Program-made: the position numbers and the translations under genes
The notes under the pieces: generated by a model
Database searches by the model: none
What the model was told of the DNA's origin: nothing
The model's input: the letters and a program-made list of their open reading frames with translations, nothing else
DNA from: Antedon mediterranea
Lineage: Eukaryota > Animalia > Echinodermata
Direction of reading: 5' to 3'
DNA: 64,000 nucleotides
Assembly (NCBI RefSeq): GCF_964355755.1
Contig: NC_092672.1
Coordinates: forward strand, 30,014,437 to 30,078,436
Shown here: positions 24,801 to 37,800 of the stretch, piece by piece
Numbering within the stretch: the stretch's first letter is position 1
How the letters are laid out: each line of letters begins with the position of its first letter

Positions 24801-27190
24801 TTTACTTCCTCCTCATTATTCACAGTAACTGTTCCGTAATCTGAACTTTGAACCTCTACGTTTTTATAAACACCATTTGAATTTGAAATCGATTTATTTT
24901 CATCAATATCACATCTTGTAGAACGAACTGGTTGCCTTCTCATTTCATCAGATTCTTCAATTCTCTCATACAAATCATTATTTGTAAGTGTTTCATTAGT
25001 CACGCCATTGGTTGATGATTGACCTTTAACCTGTTCATCAAAATTTGACTCATCACTGACCAATGGAAGATCGAAGTAAATAAAAATCATTAGTATCTGC
25101 AGTAGGATCCACATGATCATCATAAACAACTAAAAAGAAATGAAAAAAAATGGGTTCCAAATTGTCCAAAATTTCAGGATTTTCCTCTAGCCTATAATTG
25201 TTGGTAGTAACATGCTCAGGTAAATCAGATATCAAATCAATAATCCTTACCCCTGGTGATGTAAAATCATTGACCTCAAATGGGCCAATCTTGAAATCAA
25301 TCTTAGATAAAAATAAGTTAAATCCCGGACCGAAAACAATTCCAAATTGACGCGAAGCCATGGCCATTGATATCACTGCTGTACGTTTATTGGCGGGTGT
25401 GGTGCGTGAAATCTGCGAAAAGATAGTTGCTGTCACGCCTGCACCCACACCTAAAAAGGATCGATAAACACAGAAACACAATGTAAGGACTGGAATTGAA
25501 AGTTCTACAATTACAAAAATGATAATTATCCAATTTTCAAAATTTGACATTAAATGTCCAAAAAAATCAATAAAAACAATACTTTACCTGCTAACAATCT
25601 AGCAGCTAACAGAATATACTGACTTCTACCAACAAAGTATAAGAAGTTACCTTAAAAAATATAAAGAAAACAAATTAATATTAAGATTTTAAAATATACG
25701 AAAATTGATTTTTATTAAATTACTAAAAATTAATTGGAATCTGTTCCATATTTCCAGAGGAAGCAAACGAAAATTTACAATCCTGTAGATTTCCATCATC
25801 CATGCAGACAAAATAATTGAATTTATTATTTTGACCCAGTTAAGGAATCAAGATCAACAAGTCCTATCTTTTACAAATAATGTAGCGTCACTTATATTTA
25901 TTTAAACGAAATCATTTCACAATACATGTCAGAAAAATAGGTGAACATTATTTATTGCAAATGTTAAATTCATCAGTACTAGATATGTTAAACTGATACA
26001 AGTAGCAATGTTTGTTTAGTCAGTCTGGGGTCAAAATTAGTGTTAGAGAGAAAGACTACGCTGACATTCAGACAACTAATTTTGCAGTTTATCCAAGTCC
26101 ACACAATTAACCATCCCTTATGGAAATGATGTGTAAAAAAAAGAAGTTTCCTCATTTTTGCAAACTAAAGTTTGCTAACTATAACTGTAGTGTAGACTAC
26201 GCTTAAATTCAGATTATTTTTTTAGGTTTGTCACCTGGTCTATTTACAGTCAAACTTTAGAAAGTTTTTCTTGCCAAACTATGATTTTGCTCACGATTTA
26301 AAAAATGAAACTGTTAGGCCCTATCTGATTGTCGTAGACTACACAGATAAGTCAAGTTTGGTCTTAAAGTGTACTAAAAATGTAATTGCATATGAAATTA
26401 CATTTTCTTTTACACACAACATAAAAGGGAGTGAAAAATTGTAAGGTTCAACAGTCATGCCTGTTTTTTTTTCAGCTAGAAACTACAAATGCAGACATCT
26501 TTGCTCAAAAAGTACCCGTAGGTCTAACTATTTGTATATTTAAAAGTTGTTACTATACTGCCCACTATTTCCGGTAATACAAATTTTTAAATGTAATAGA
26601 TAAAATAGTTATAAAAAAGAATATTATTTTATAATAAAATGTTACAAATAAGAAAAAAAAAATGCGCAGAAAACTTACCACCAATTTCAAACATATTTGC
26701 AAAAAGAATAAGTGATTTTGTCTTTGATGTTCTGTCCTGCCATATTCCGAATATTGGAGCTGCAAAAAGTCCAGAGAAACTGAATGCAGATATAACCATT
26801 CCAAGGAAATATTGCGGAGCTCCCAGATCCAAAAGGAATAGGTTCAGTGTTGGAATGATGACAGCTGTAGAAAAAAAAATCTACAGGGAAAGGTACTGTA
26901 AAATATTTGACTTTCTTTTTATAGGTATTGCCTTTTACCGATGTTTGATTTATCACCCAATGCATACATAAATTATTAAAAGCTTTACCTTATAACGTAG
27001 GTTTCTCCAAAATCCCCCTCACTTTATAAAAGCAAAAATAAGCCTAGCTAGAACCTAATAGTAGAGTATTATTATGTCATATGGCACCACTGGGCCCTCG
27101 TTTACTGTACCTACCGTATTCAATACCACCAAATAAAAAGATCAACCAACTAGCCACAGTTGTCAGTTTCTTTTTTGTATCCAACTCCAT
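21804..27190 (-). CDS. MFSD8: MFSD8-like MFS transporter, copy B (11 exons, 541 aa)
   Basis: Exons (minus): 27115-27190, 26679-26864, 25588-25650, 25251-25450, 24718-25129, 24530-24603, 24227-24310, 23647-23779, 22680-22802, 22253-22383, 21804-21947. Same phases and near-identical exon sizes as A and C; introns align with copy A. Confidence 0.9.
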
Positions 27191-27440
27191 TTTGGAGTGT
27201 TATTTTAAATATACGCAACAATTTAAAAATCCCTTTGCTTGCCTTTGAAAAGTTGGTGCACCTAGGAAAACAATGGTTAATCTATTGTTTTGTAATAATC
27301 AGGGCTACATTGACAAGTGACAACTATGCAAATAGTCAGGAGGTATCTGTGATTACAGGTAAGATAATGTGCGACTTCAGCGGCGCTTCAGTACATGTTA
27401 AATATAACAGTGTAGTCCAATTGGTTGTTTTCTTATAGCC

Positions 27441-27592
27441 TAAAGCTCTGTCTACACTATCAAACTAGTTTGACAACAAAAGTGTGATGTGCGCAAATAT
27501 GGTAGTGATATGCCCAAATATGATAGTGATATGACATCATTACATATGGGCACATCATGTCACATAAAGTGTGATAGTGTAGACAGAGCTTA
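27441..27592. mobile_element. High-copy ~150-bp MITE (aagctctgtctacactat...atagtgtagacagagctt)
   Basis: Clear TIRs. Further copies or fragments at about 13902-13930, 18226-18293, 22825-22867, 34295-34429, 36808-36942, 46111-46221, 51653-51780 and 56199-56346. Confidence 0.85.
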
Positions 27593-28469
27593 ATTGTTAT
27601 TAGTATCTATATATAAATTTACGTAAGGGCAAAATTCGATAAATCTCGGTTTATTTCTAGAAGTTTTACTCGATGGTATATAAAGTTGGTTCGTACTTTC
27701 GGTACTGATTTTAACCATCTGATGTAATCCTGTTTACTAATTAAATGTATTTAGGTAATTAGTTATTGACGATTAAAACGAATTTAGGTTCAACGATTTG
27801 CCCCAAATAGGGGTGTTTTCCAATCGTGGTATACACTGTCTCATGAATGTCCATGGAAAAATACCCGCACACAACAATAGGTTGATGCTTCGCATTTTCC
27901 TATCTCCTCCTACGATAATTATTTTTAATAGCTGAAAACCGGTTGAACAGCTCGAGTACAGCATCATAATGTTGAAGTGGAGTGAAGTGGTTACTGTTAG
28001 ATATATAAACAAAATATACAAAGAACATTTATTACTGTGACTGTGGGTAGATTACTGACAGTTGCTTCTCATCAACGTTTGTATTAATTAATAATTATAA
28101 AAAATTTAAACGTCGTAGTGGTGTATCGTTATACTTTACTATTTCAATCGACTATAACAGGGACAGTTTTAAAAAAGTATTATAAATCGTAAATGTTTTA
28201 CTGTGTTTAGTGGTATATTATTGATAGGCCTATAAAACATTTTAAACAATATTTCGTTACTGAGTGGATAGAGAATATATTTAAAAGTTGTTCTTTCCAT
28301 CCTCTTTCCCATCCCTCAACTCTAATTTTATGTACAAAACACAAATTGGGTTTGTTTAAATGAGTTCAAATAAAAAAATTGAACTCATTTTTAAGACAAG
28401 GTCTAATTCCCAGGGTGCTAATTTTACATAAATCATCGTGTCTATTTATTCGTTTCTGTAAACGACAAT

Positions 28470-30400
28470 GTACTATTAGTACAGGGAAATTTTCGAAAAA
28501 TAGCCGATTTTCGACCCTTTTATTTTTTGACATAAATGGTTACTATTGCAAAATAAACATGCGCAGAGACGAATAATGGGTTCTGCGCATGTTAATTGTG
28601 CTATAGTAACCAGTTTTATCGCAAAATAAAAAGGTCGAAAATTGGCCATTTGTTGAAAAAATCCCTTTAATCCCAGGGAAATTTTCGAAAAATGGCCGAT
28701 TTTCGACCCTTTTATTTTTTGACATAAATGGTTACTATTGCATAATAAACATGCGCAGAACCCGTTATTCGTCTCTGTTTATTATGCTATAGTAACCATT
28801 TATGTCAAAAACTGGTTACTATAGCAATAACGAATAATGGGTTCTGCGCATGTCAATTGTGCTATAGTAACCAGTTGTATCGAAAAATAAAAAGGTCGAA
28901 AATTTGCCATTTTTACAGGAAAATTTTCGAAAAATGGCCGATTTTCGACCCTTTTATTTTTTGACATAAATGGTTACTATTACATGACGTCACGTGACGG
29001 TAAAAATGTACTAATTATTAAGTGGTTTTTTACACTTTTATTTTTTGACATAAATGGTTACAATTGCATAATAAACATTCGCATATTCGAATAATGGGTT
29101 CTGCGCATGTCAATTGTGCTATCATAACCATATTTGACATAAATATAGCACAATTGACATGCGCAGAACCCATTATTCGACTCTGCGCATGTCAATTGTG
29201 CTATAGTAACAAGTTTCGACATAAATGGTTACTATAGCATAATAAACATGCGCAGAGTCGACTAATGGGTTCTGCGCATGTCAATTGTGCTATAGTAACC
29301 AGTTTTATTGAAAAATAAAAAGGCCGAAAATTTGGCATTTTTTGGAAAAAATCCCTGTAGGCCTACTTACTATAGTACAGGAAAATTTTCGAAAAATGTC
29401 CGATTTTCGACCCTTTTATTTTTTGACATAAATGGTTACTATTGCAAAATAAACATGCGCAGAGACGAATAATGGGTTCTGCGCATGTTAATTGTGCTAT
29501 AGTAACCAGTTTTATCGCAAAATAAAAAGGTCGAAAATTGGCCATTTGTTGAAAAAATCCCTTTAATCCCAGGGAAATTTTCGAAAAATGGCCGATTTTC
29601 GACCCTTTTATTTTTTGACATAAATGGTTACTATTGCATAATAAACATGCGCAGAACCCGTTATTCGTCTCTGTTTATTATGCTATAGTAACCATTTATG
29701 TCAAAAACTGGTTACTATAGCAATAACGAATAATGGGTTCTGCGCATGTCAATTGTGCTATAGTAACCAGTTGTATCGAAAAATAAAAAGGTCGAAAATT
29801 TGCCATTTTTAAAAAAAATCCTTGTACAGGAAAATTTTCGAAAAATGGCCGATTTTCGACCCTTTTATTTTTTGACATAAATGGTTACTATTACATGACG
29901 TCACGTGACGGTAAAAATGTACTAATTATTAAGTGGTTTTTTACACTTTTATTTTTTGACATAAATGGTTACAATTGCATAATAAACATTCGCATATTCG
30001 AATAATGGGTTCTGCGCATGTCAATTGTGCTATCATAACCATATTTGACATAAATATAGCACAATTGACATGCGCAGAACCCATTATTCGACTCTGCGCA
30101 TGTCAATTGTGCTATAGTAACAAGTTTCGACATAAATGGTTACTATAGCATAATAAACATGCGCAGAGTCGACTAATGGGTTCTGCGCATGTCAATTGTG
30201 CTATAGTAACCAGTTTTATTGAAAAATAAAAAGGCCGAAAATTTGGCATTTTTTGGAAAAAATCCCTGTAGGCCTACTTACTATAGTACAGGAAAATTTT
30301 CGAAAAATGTCCGATTTTCGACCCTTTTATTTTTTGACATAAATGGTTACTATTACATGACGTCACGTGACGGTAAAAATGTACTAATTATTAAGTGGCG
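28470..30400. repeat. Higher-order array of palindromic (foldback) units; ~0.9-kb block tandemly duplicated almost perfectly
   Basis: Identical translated ORFs at 28543 and 29439 give an 896-bp offset (911 after an indel). Each ~190-bp unit is an imperfect palindrome centred on catgcgcaga...tctgcgcatg. Confidence 0.9.
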
Positions 30401-30870
30401 CGCGGCCGCCAGATAATGAAGTGGCGGCCGCCAGATAATTGAGTGGCGGCCGCAAGATAATTAAGTGGCGGCTGCCAGATAACAGCTTTTAAAATATAGT
30501 TAACTTGTGGCCCGAACGGGCTTCCGTACTTCTAGATAGACCTACGCATAGAACATGTTATCTTTGTGAGCGGACATATTAGACAATTTTTTATTATAGA
30601 GGGCGCTAAACTAAAAGAGAGCCGTAACAACCTTTTCCAATGTTTAGGCAACCTGCCGTCGTAGCATGTGCATAATCATGATTGCATTGCCTGCTTTTTA
30701 TTGCATGCAACATCGCCTCTGATCCAATGCACGTACATGTCACGTGATGCCAGATAATTAAGTAGCGGCCGCAAGATAATTAAGTGGCGGCCGCAAGATA
30801 ATTAAGCGACGGCCACCAGATAACAGCTTTTAAAATATAGTTAACTTGTGGCCCGAACGGGCTTCCGTAA
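30392..30870. repeat. GC-rich 21-bp repeats (aagtggcggccgc.agataatt) plus a duplicated 52-bp end ...gtggcccgaacgggcttccgta; probable transposon terminus
   Basis: Two clusters (30392-30528 and 30748-30869) ending in the same sequence. Confidence 0.7.
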
Positions 30871-31801
30871 AATATGCATGTTATGGCGGTATATAATACA
30901 TCAATGCATTATTCAACCCTTGTACGCCAATTATATCAATGTTATCAATATGTAATGTAATTAGTCAGATGTTTTGCCCTACTCTGATGTAATTTGTACT
31001 TCATACTAAGTACACTTGAGAATACTTGCGAAAACAATCGCATGTAATGTTTAAGAAAACAATACAAATACTGTAGAAAGTTTAAATTATCATTTTTATT
31101 TCATTTGTAAAAAAAACATCTATATTATAAAATTGTATAAAATAAATCTATGTGTAGCAATAACATACACTTAATCTTTAATATAGAATGAAAATTATTC
31201 AAAATAAAAACAAATGAAGAATTAATTAAGAGAATGATTAATCTCTTTTTTTCTCATATATTTAAATTTAAAAAATGTATGTATATAATAATAATATAAT
31301 ATATAAATGTATTATAATAGTGTAACATTTTTAACACATTTGTTTATATATTCAAGGTGTTAAATAAAAGCACACATATATATTATAAATTTCTTCAATC
31401 AATCTTTTTAACAGTTTGAGCATATATTACACATTTAATTTAAACTGAAATTTGTACAAATATTTTGTCTGTCCAATAAAAATGAAAAAAATTTATGATG
31501 AGCCTATAAAATTACTGTAATAAAATCTTTAGTGAGTACTTAATTTTATTGTGATATTTTTAAGTTTCTGTACATGTAATTATTTTCTTAACTACAGAAG
31601 AAATCTGAAACCTAATTTCCTTTTTATAAATAGTCAAGAAAGATTATTTAGAGGGTGAAAAGGGTTATGTTCAGTTATATTAAAAAGGACACTTCTTCAT
31701 GCTCCACAATCATACTATAATGCTTGATTTTATGCCGTAAAGGCTTTCACACTACATAAATGGTGAATATACATATTCTGTATTAGTCCTGACTGATTTA
31801 C

Positions 31802-34800
31802 TTAAGCATCTATTCCTTCACCGGATAAAAGCGGCCGAGTTTCTTCATCTTCAAACTGACATGATTTCTGTGTCTTGACCAACGATGGTAGAGTTGACTC
31901 TTCGGGCATTTTAAGTTGTTTCCACGATAAAAATGTCATGCCCTAAAGAAAGACAATGTAATATAATTGAATTAATTAATTTTGGTTCCATTCGAATCTG
32001 ACATACTGAACCAATAGAGACATCCTTGGGAAAGCCAGTGGCCAACTGTCAGTGAGTGTTCATTGATAAAAAATGTTAATATTCAATTCTTCAATTTGCA
32101 TTCAAAACACAGTATCGGAAGTACAGGGTCGAAAGGTCAAACTGGGCGACGGCATTTCACAGCATAGAGTAGTGCCCTCTCCAAACTAGGAAGTCAAAAC
32201 TATTAATTCCTATAGAGGGCTCAGTCAATTATTATATCCCCCTATAGTATAGCAGATCCCCTCTAAAGATTTTGCCTTTCTACTCCATGGCTCACAATGG
32301 CACCACCCATTAGCTCTATTCTATCCTACAATGCCTTTCGAAATTGTTACACGCTTCGGACGAACAGGAGATTCTTGTGTTCTTTGATATTACCTAAAAT
32401 CAAACATCAAAACTCCTACAGTAGTTGACTCAAGGTCAATTAAATAACCAACATTTTTGGGTTTATAGTACTTACCAAGCATAACACAAGAATTACAAGT
32501 AAAACGGACAACAAAATGTACGGTTTGTTTACAGCGCCACCTGACCATAAAGGTCCCATGATGGTTGCTATGTTACCAACAGCTCTACGAATACCTTGAC
32601 CAAAGCCTACAATAATTTAAGAAGAATAAAAACTTTGTCAATATTCACAAGACACAATATTACTATAGGAACTGTGTAAACAGGTAGTGGGCAAATGGCA
32701 AAATCAGCACTGTGGTCGTATTAAAAAGTTGTCAAAACAATAAACACTTTCCGATAACTTAACCACATTAAACTCCCCTGACTTTCTTTTATTTGTAAAT
32801 AATTTGACTGTAATATTAAATACCATGAAGTAACAATACCTTGTATTTTTAAAGGAGTCTTTTTGGAAAATGATGCTACGGATGCTACAGCAATAAATGG
32901 AAGTCCAAAGACTTGGATAAAGAGGCATATGCTCATCCAAACCACATTGCCATCAAAATCACCTGAAACAGACAATAGAAATGATGAATTATTAATTATT
33001 ATTATTAATTAATAGTTCAATTAAAAGGTGACAATAGACAATGCCAAAGGGCATCAAGAATAGTGGTTTTAAATACATTTAAATGGTAAGGTACTCGAAT
33101 AAAAAAGCCGAGTCTTTTCAATACAAGTATGAATACTGAATAGATTTGGACCAAAAACCTTCAGGTTAAAAGCTTGGGTATCCATCTACTGTCATTAGCT
33201 TCCAAAAAATTGAAATAAAAATGCAAGTATAGATAGCCCATAGATTTGAATCAAAAACCTTCTGGATAAAAGTTTGGCCAACCATTTAATGTGCCATTCA
33301 TTAACTTCCAAAAATTGAAATAACTTACCTGGTATTGCCCTCGGTAAAAAATATAGCAAGATAACAAGGGGAACGATTTCATTGAGTAAGCCAATAACCG
33401 ACAAAGTTCTATCTTGACAACGTCGACTCAAGTATCGAACAAGAAAGAATCCAGCAATCACCTGTAGAATATTAATATGCAAAGTAGACAATTTATGCAA
33501 ATCACAATAAGTAATAATAGAGATGCAGATCCTAACTAGAAACAGAAATCACAATGTTTTATACATGATTGACCAATTAGTATAATAATACTATTTAATT
33601 TTGCTGATTTGTGAGCAATCTTCTCATTTGTATACAATGTTCTTATTGTATTATTACAGAAACCAGTATTTATTCTAGTAATATATATAAGCACTGTACC
33701 TCAATACCAGCTCCACAGTATAAGAGGCTGTTGGCTATTTCTCCAAATGACAAATATTTCTGTGTAAGTGGTGTAAGGGCAGCCTATAAGAAACAATTAT
33801 GACATTTATATTACTTTGCTTTAAAATCGTACCAAATAGGGACTCAGAATGGCCTCATATCACAAGATTAGAGTGCCCTTATAATTTAGAGTAGGTTTAA
33901 TGTATGGTAGTGTGGTTATACCTCAGTAAACTAAACTCTTAAAGATGTATTGTCCTGGCCCCCTGAACAATCATTTTTTAAAGATTTTTTGGTTGAATAT
34001 GCCATTTTATTGTCACATAATAGTTATTGACTTCGACCAAAAATTGGATCGAAAAAAAATTATTTGCCTAAAAAAAATGTTATTTAAAGCAAAAATGGTC
34101 AAATTGGCTTCAAGCAAATGGATTTTTGGTTAATTTAACCATTTATAATGTTATTTTATAAGTGAAAACATTATGTTTTTCCATTTCTTTTTCTACGGAA
34201 TTGATTCACTTTATTAAAACTACAAAATAACCTATTCAAAATCTGATTTAATTAATCTTCATTTTTCATGTTTTTGGGGGACAATACATCTTTTAAGCTT
34301 TGTCTACACTATCAAACCATATATGGACATGATGATGTCATATCACTACCATATTTAAGCATAGCACTACCATTATAGGCACATCAAACTTTTTTGACAC
34401 ATACAGTTTGATAGTGTAGACAAGGCTTAGTATTGCACTTACCTCTAGAGCTGTTTGATTGAACAGAAACACAAACTGAGCAAACAAAATTACTACGATA
34501 TCTTCCCGTATCAATTCTAAGAAAAAAAACAAAGCAATAACATTGTTGTTAGATAAAACCAACAATTAAAATAAATTAAATCCTTAACATAAATTAACTA
34601 TTTTATGTGAAAGTGAATTTCACAAATTAGCTTCATAGCCAGGATTAGATGGTTCTTTTTTTTTCCTCAAAAGGGGCATCGTCAACTGAGATGAAGCCTA
34701 TTTACAATCACTTTTGAAAGAAATAAAAAATAAATTACCATTTAACTTTTGAAAAAATGTCATATCCTTGTATCTCATTTTAAGTATAATTGAGAATTCC

Positions 34801-37800
34801 ATGTCTTCTTTTTCATTCTTTATTTCTTCCTCATTATTCTCAGTAACTGTTCCGTAATCTGAACTTTGAACACCTCCATTTCTTAAAACACCATTTGAAT
34901 CTGAAATCGATTTAATTTCATCAATATCGGATCTTTTTTCATCGTCAGAACGTGGAGACATCGAGCTTGTAGAACCAACTGGTGATACGACCAGTCGCCT
35001 TCTCTTTGCAGCGGATAATTGCGCTTTTATTGCGTCCGATTCTTCATAGCTGCCGCTAACAGTGATTGACATGTGCTCGATGGCAGAGTCTAATTTAGTG
35101 GGTGTTTGAGTTCTCTCATACAAATCATTATTTGTAAGTGTTCCATTGGCTACGTCATTGGTTGATGATTGACCTTTGACCGGTTCATCAAAATTTGACT
35201 CATCACTGACCAAAGGAAGATCAAAGTAAATAAAAATCATTAATATCTGCAGTAGAATCCACATGATCATCATAAACAACTGAAAAGAAATGGTAATAAA
35301 TTTACTTTTGATGTTTGATAAAAATAAAATTTTTAATCAGGGCATTTTGTTTTTGGAATAAAACTGCACAGGAATTATAGATTATTCATTTAATCTTAGT
35401 TTATAGAAACATTTGGACACATTCTAATTTCATAGACAAACTTCGTGCTACGGTCAATCTTTTAAGAACATTTTACAGTAATGTTTTTTCATTCAAGAGG
35501 TAACATTTTTAAAATTAATATGGTGTCCTGAAATCCTCTGAAAACGCTATGTTATTTCTGTTAGTCACGATTGTTTTTCATCTCTCTGCAAGATGGCTTC
35601 CATAGAACGAAAATCGTCTAATAAAAGATCAAGGCAATAGAGAGAGCATACCAGGTCCCAATTAAACACCATTCGGTATTGTGCTCGATAGCCTCTAAAT
35701 GTTGATGGTATTGGTAAAGATATAAATAATCCTTACTCCTGGCGATGTAAAATCATTGACTTCAAATGGACCAATCTTGAAATCAAGCTTAGATAAAAAT
35801 ATGTTAAATCCAGGACCGAAAAGAAGACCAAACTGACGAGAAGCCATGGCCATTGATATCACTGCTGTACGTTTATTGACGGGTGTAGTGCGAGAAATTT
35901 GCGCAAAGATAGTAGACATTACTCCTCCACCAACACCTAAAAAAAGGATACAAAATTAACCATCATTGTAATAGACTTGGCTTAGGCATTTGGATAATTA
36001 ACAGGCATGCTTGTGGTAGCTTGCGTTAGAGAAGACAACATTCGATGATTTGAAAATTACCGTTAAAAATGTTCAATTTTAAAAGCAAATAATATTCAGA
36101 TTCAGTGTGTGTGTGGTACTAAGTGGTACATTGTGTGGCAGTTTTGGCGTTCCATAGATATTGTATGTGGCCGATGTGATCATACTCCAGTACATCTTGC
36201 CTATTAGCTCATTAATGCTAAATTTCTCTAGCAGGGTGAAATCTTCTGCACCGTGGGTAGGAGACTTTTCTAAAAACAGTAGTTGTTCTTAGGGGTAATT
36301 GGGATGGAGTAGGTTGTAATTGCCCCAAGGAGGAGTGTAATTTTCTTTTGTCCAATGGGTAGGTTTTCTTAGGATTGCAAAGAGACATAAACAAACAAAC
36401 AGTAGTAGTAGTACTACTACTGTATGGAATAATTGACAGGGTTAAAGGGTTAATTGTTGTTGAAGGGCTATTTGCCCATGATGAGAGGACTTGTCCAGGA
36501 GTGCTATAACTACAATTCTGTATATGAGTGGCTCTCAATGTTTTTTTAAAAAGAAACACATTTTCCTTGTTTCATTTCTGAAGGTACTTTAAAGCAAAGG
36601 AGTGTATGTATTAAACAATTGACAATGAAAATGCATACTTTACCTGCTAATAATCTACCAGCTAACAGAAAATACTCATTTCTACCAACAAAGTATAGGA
36701 AGTTACCTAAAAAAAATAACATTATTATTATGGTTTATTTAAGTTTTAATATATAAACAAAAACACAGGCTGTCTTTTTTTACAATTATTTTCTCACGCA
36801 CCTTTTCTAAAGCTCTGTCTACACTATCAAACTAGTTTGACAAAAATGGTATGGTATACCCAAATATGGTAGTGATATATCATCATGTCCATATATGAGC
36901 ACATCACATGTGTCAAAGTTTTATAGTGTAGACAAAGCTTAATACCTCAGCTACAACCTAAACTTTTTCTGTTACATCTCTGTATTTCTAGATAATATCT
37001 CGGCATCAAATTAATATTGAATCTCTGGCAGGTTTAAGTAATTAAATATCATTACATTTCCTATCCAAGATATAGCAATATTAAAGCCCCATTCCCTACG
37101 TTTTTTAGATCTATTTTAAGATCACAAACTATATTTAATGTAAAAATAATACTATATGGTCCTATTGCGATAACTTTTTTCGTCTTTAAACGGTTAAAAA
37201 AGTGAAAAATAAATCGATTCTAATAATTATAGAGGCCCGCTATAAATCCCAAAATGCATTGCGCGCGGATTGATATTTTTGTTTTTCACCTGTAATTCGC
37301 CCACTTTTCAATCGATCGTGAAGCCAAAACAAATGGAAGACTCCTAACTTTTCAGCGAAAATACCGGGTTTTCCCCAATTTGTATCAACGGAGTCTGACA
37401 AAAATAGAAAGACAATTAATGCAGCAACTATACAACGTCAGGCTAGGTATATAGCTAGCGTACGATGTTCGTACGTTATCGATGTTTACCAGCTAGGCCT
37501 ACAAAACTAAGCCTAGCTAGGCTAGGCCTAAGACCGTCCACGAGAGGTCGATCGCCGCGAGCTACTTAGGTAGTGCATTGTTTCTCACTTTTTATCATAA
37601 TTTACCATAAAACGTACATTTAAGACAAGGAATGACATGGTTTAATGTTTTTAAAGTGATATATACTGTATGTATTATTTTCCAAAAAACGTCCAAAATT
37701 GCAGGGAAGGGGTCTTTAAGTGTACCATCACTTTTGAATCAAAGTTTTATAGTGTTTTAAGCTTAATACCTAAGCTACCACCTAAACTTTTTCAGTTACA

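Noticed and set aside
28379-30416. Several 60-65 aa ORFs, two of them identical
   Set aside because: By-products of the palindromic tandem array; no protein-like features.
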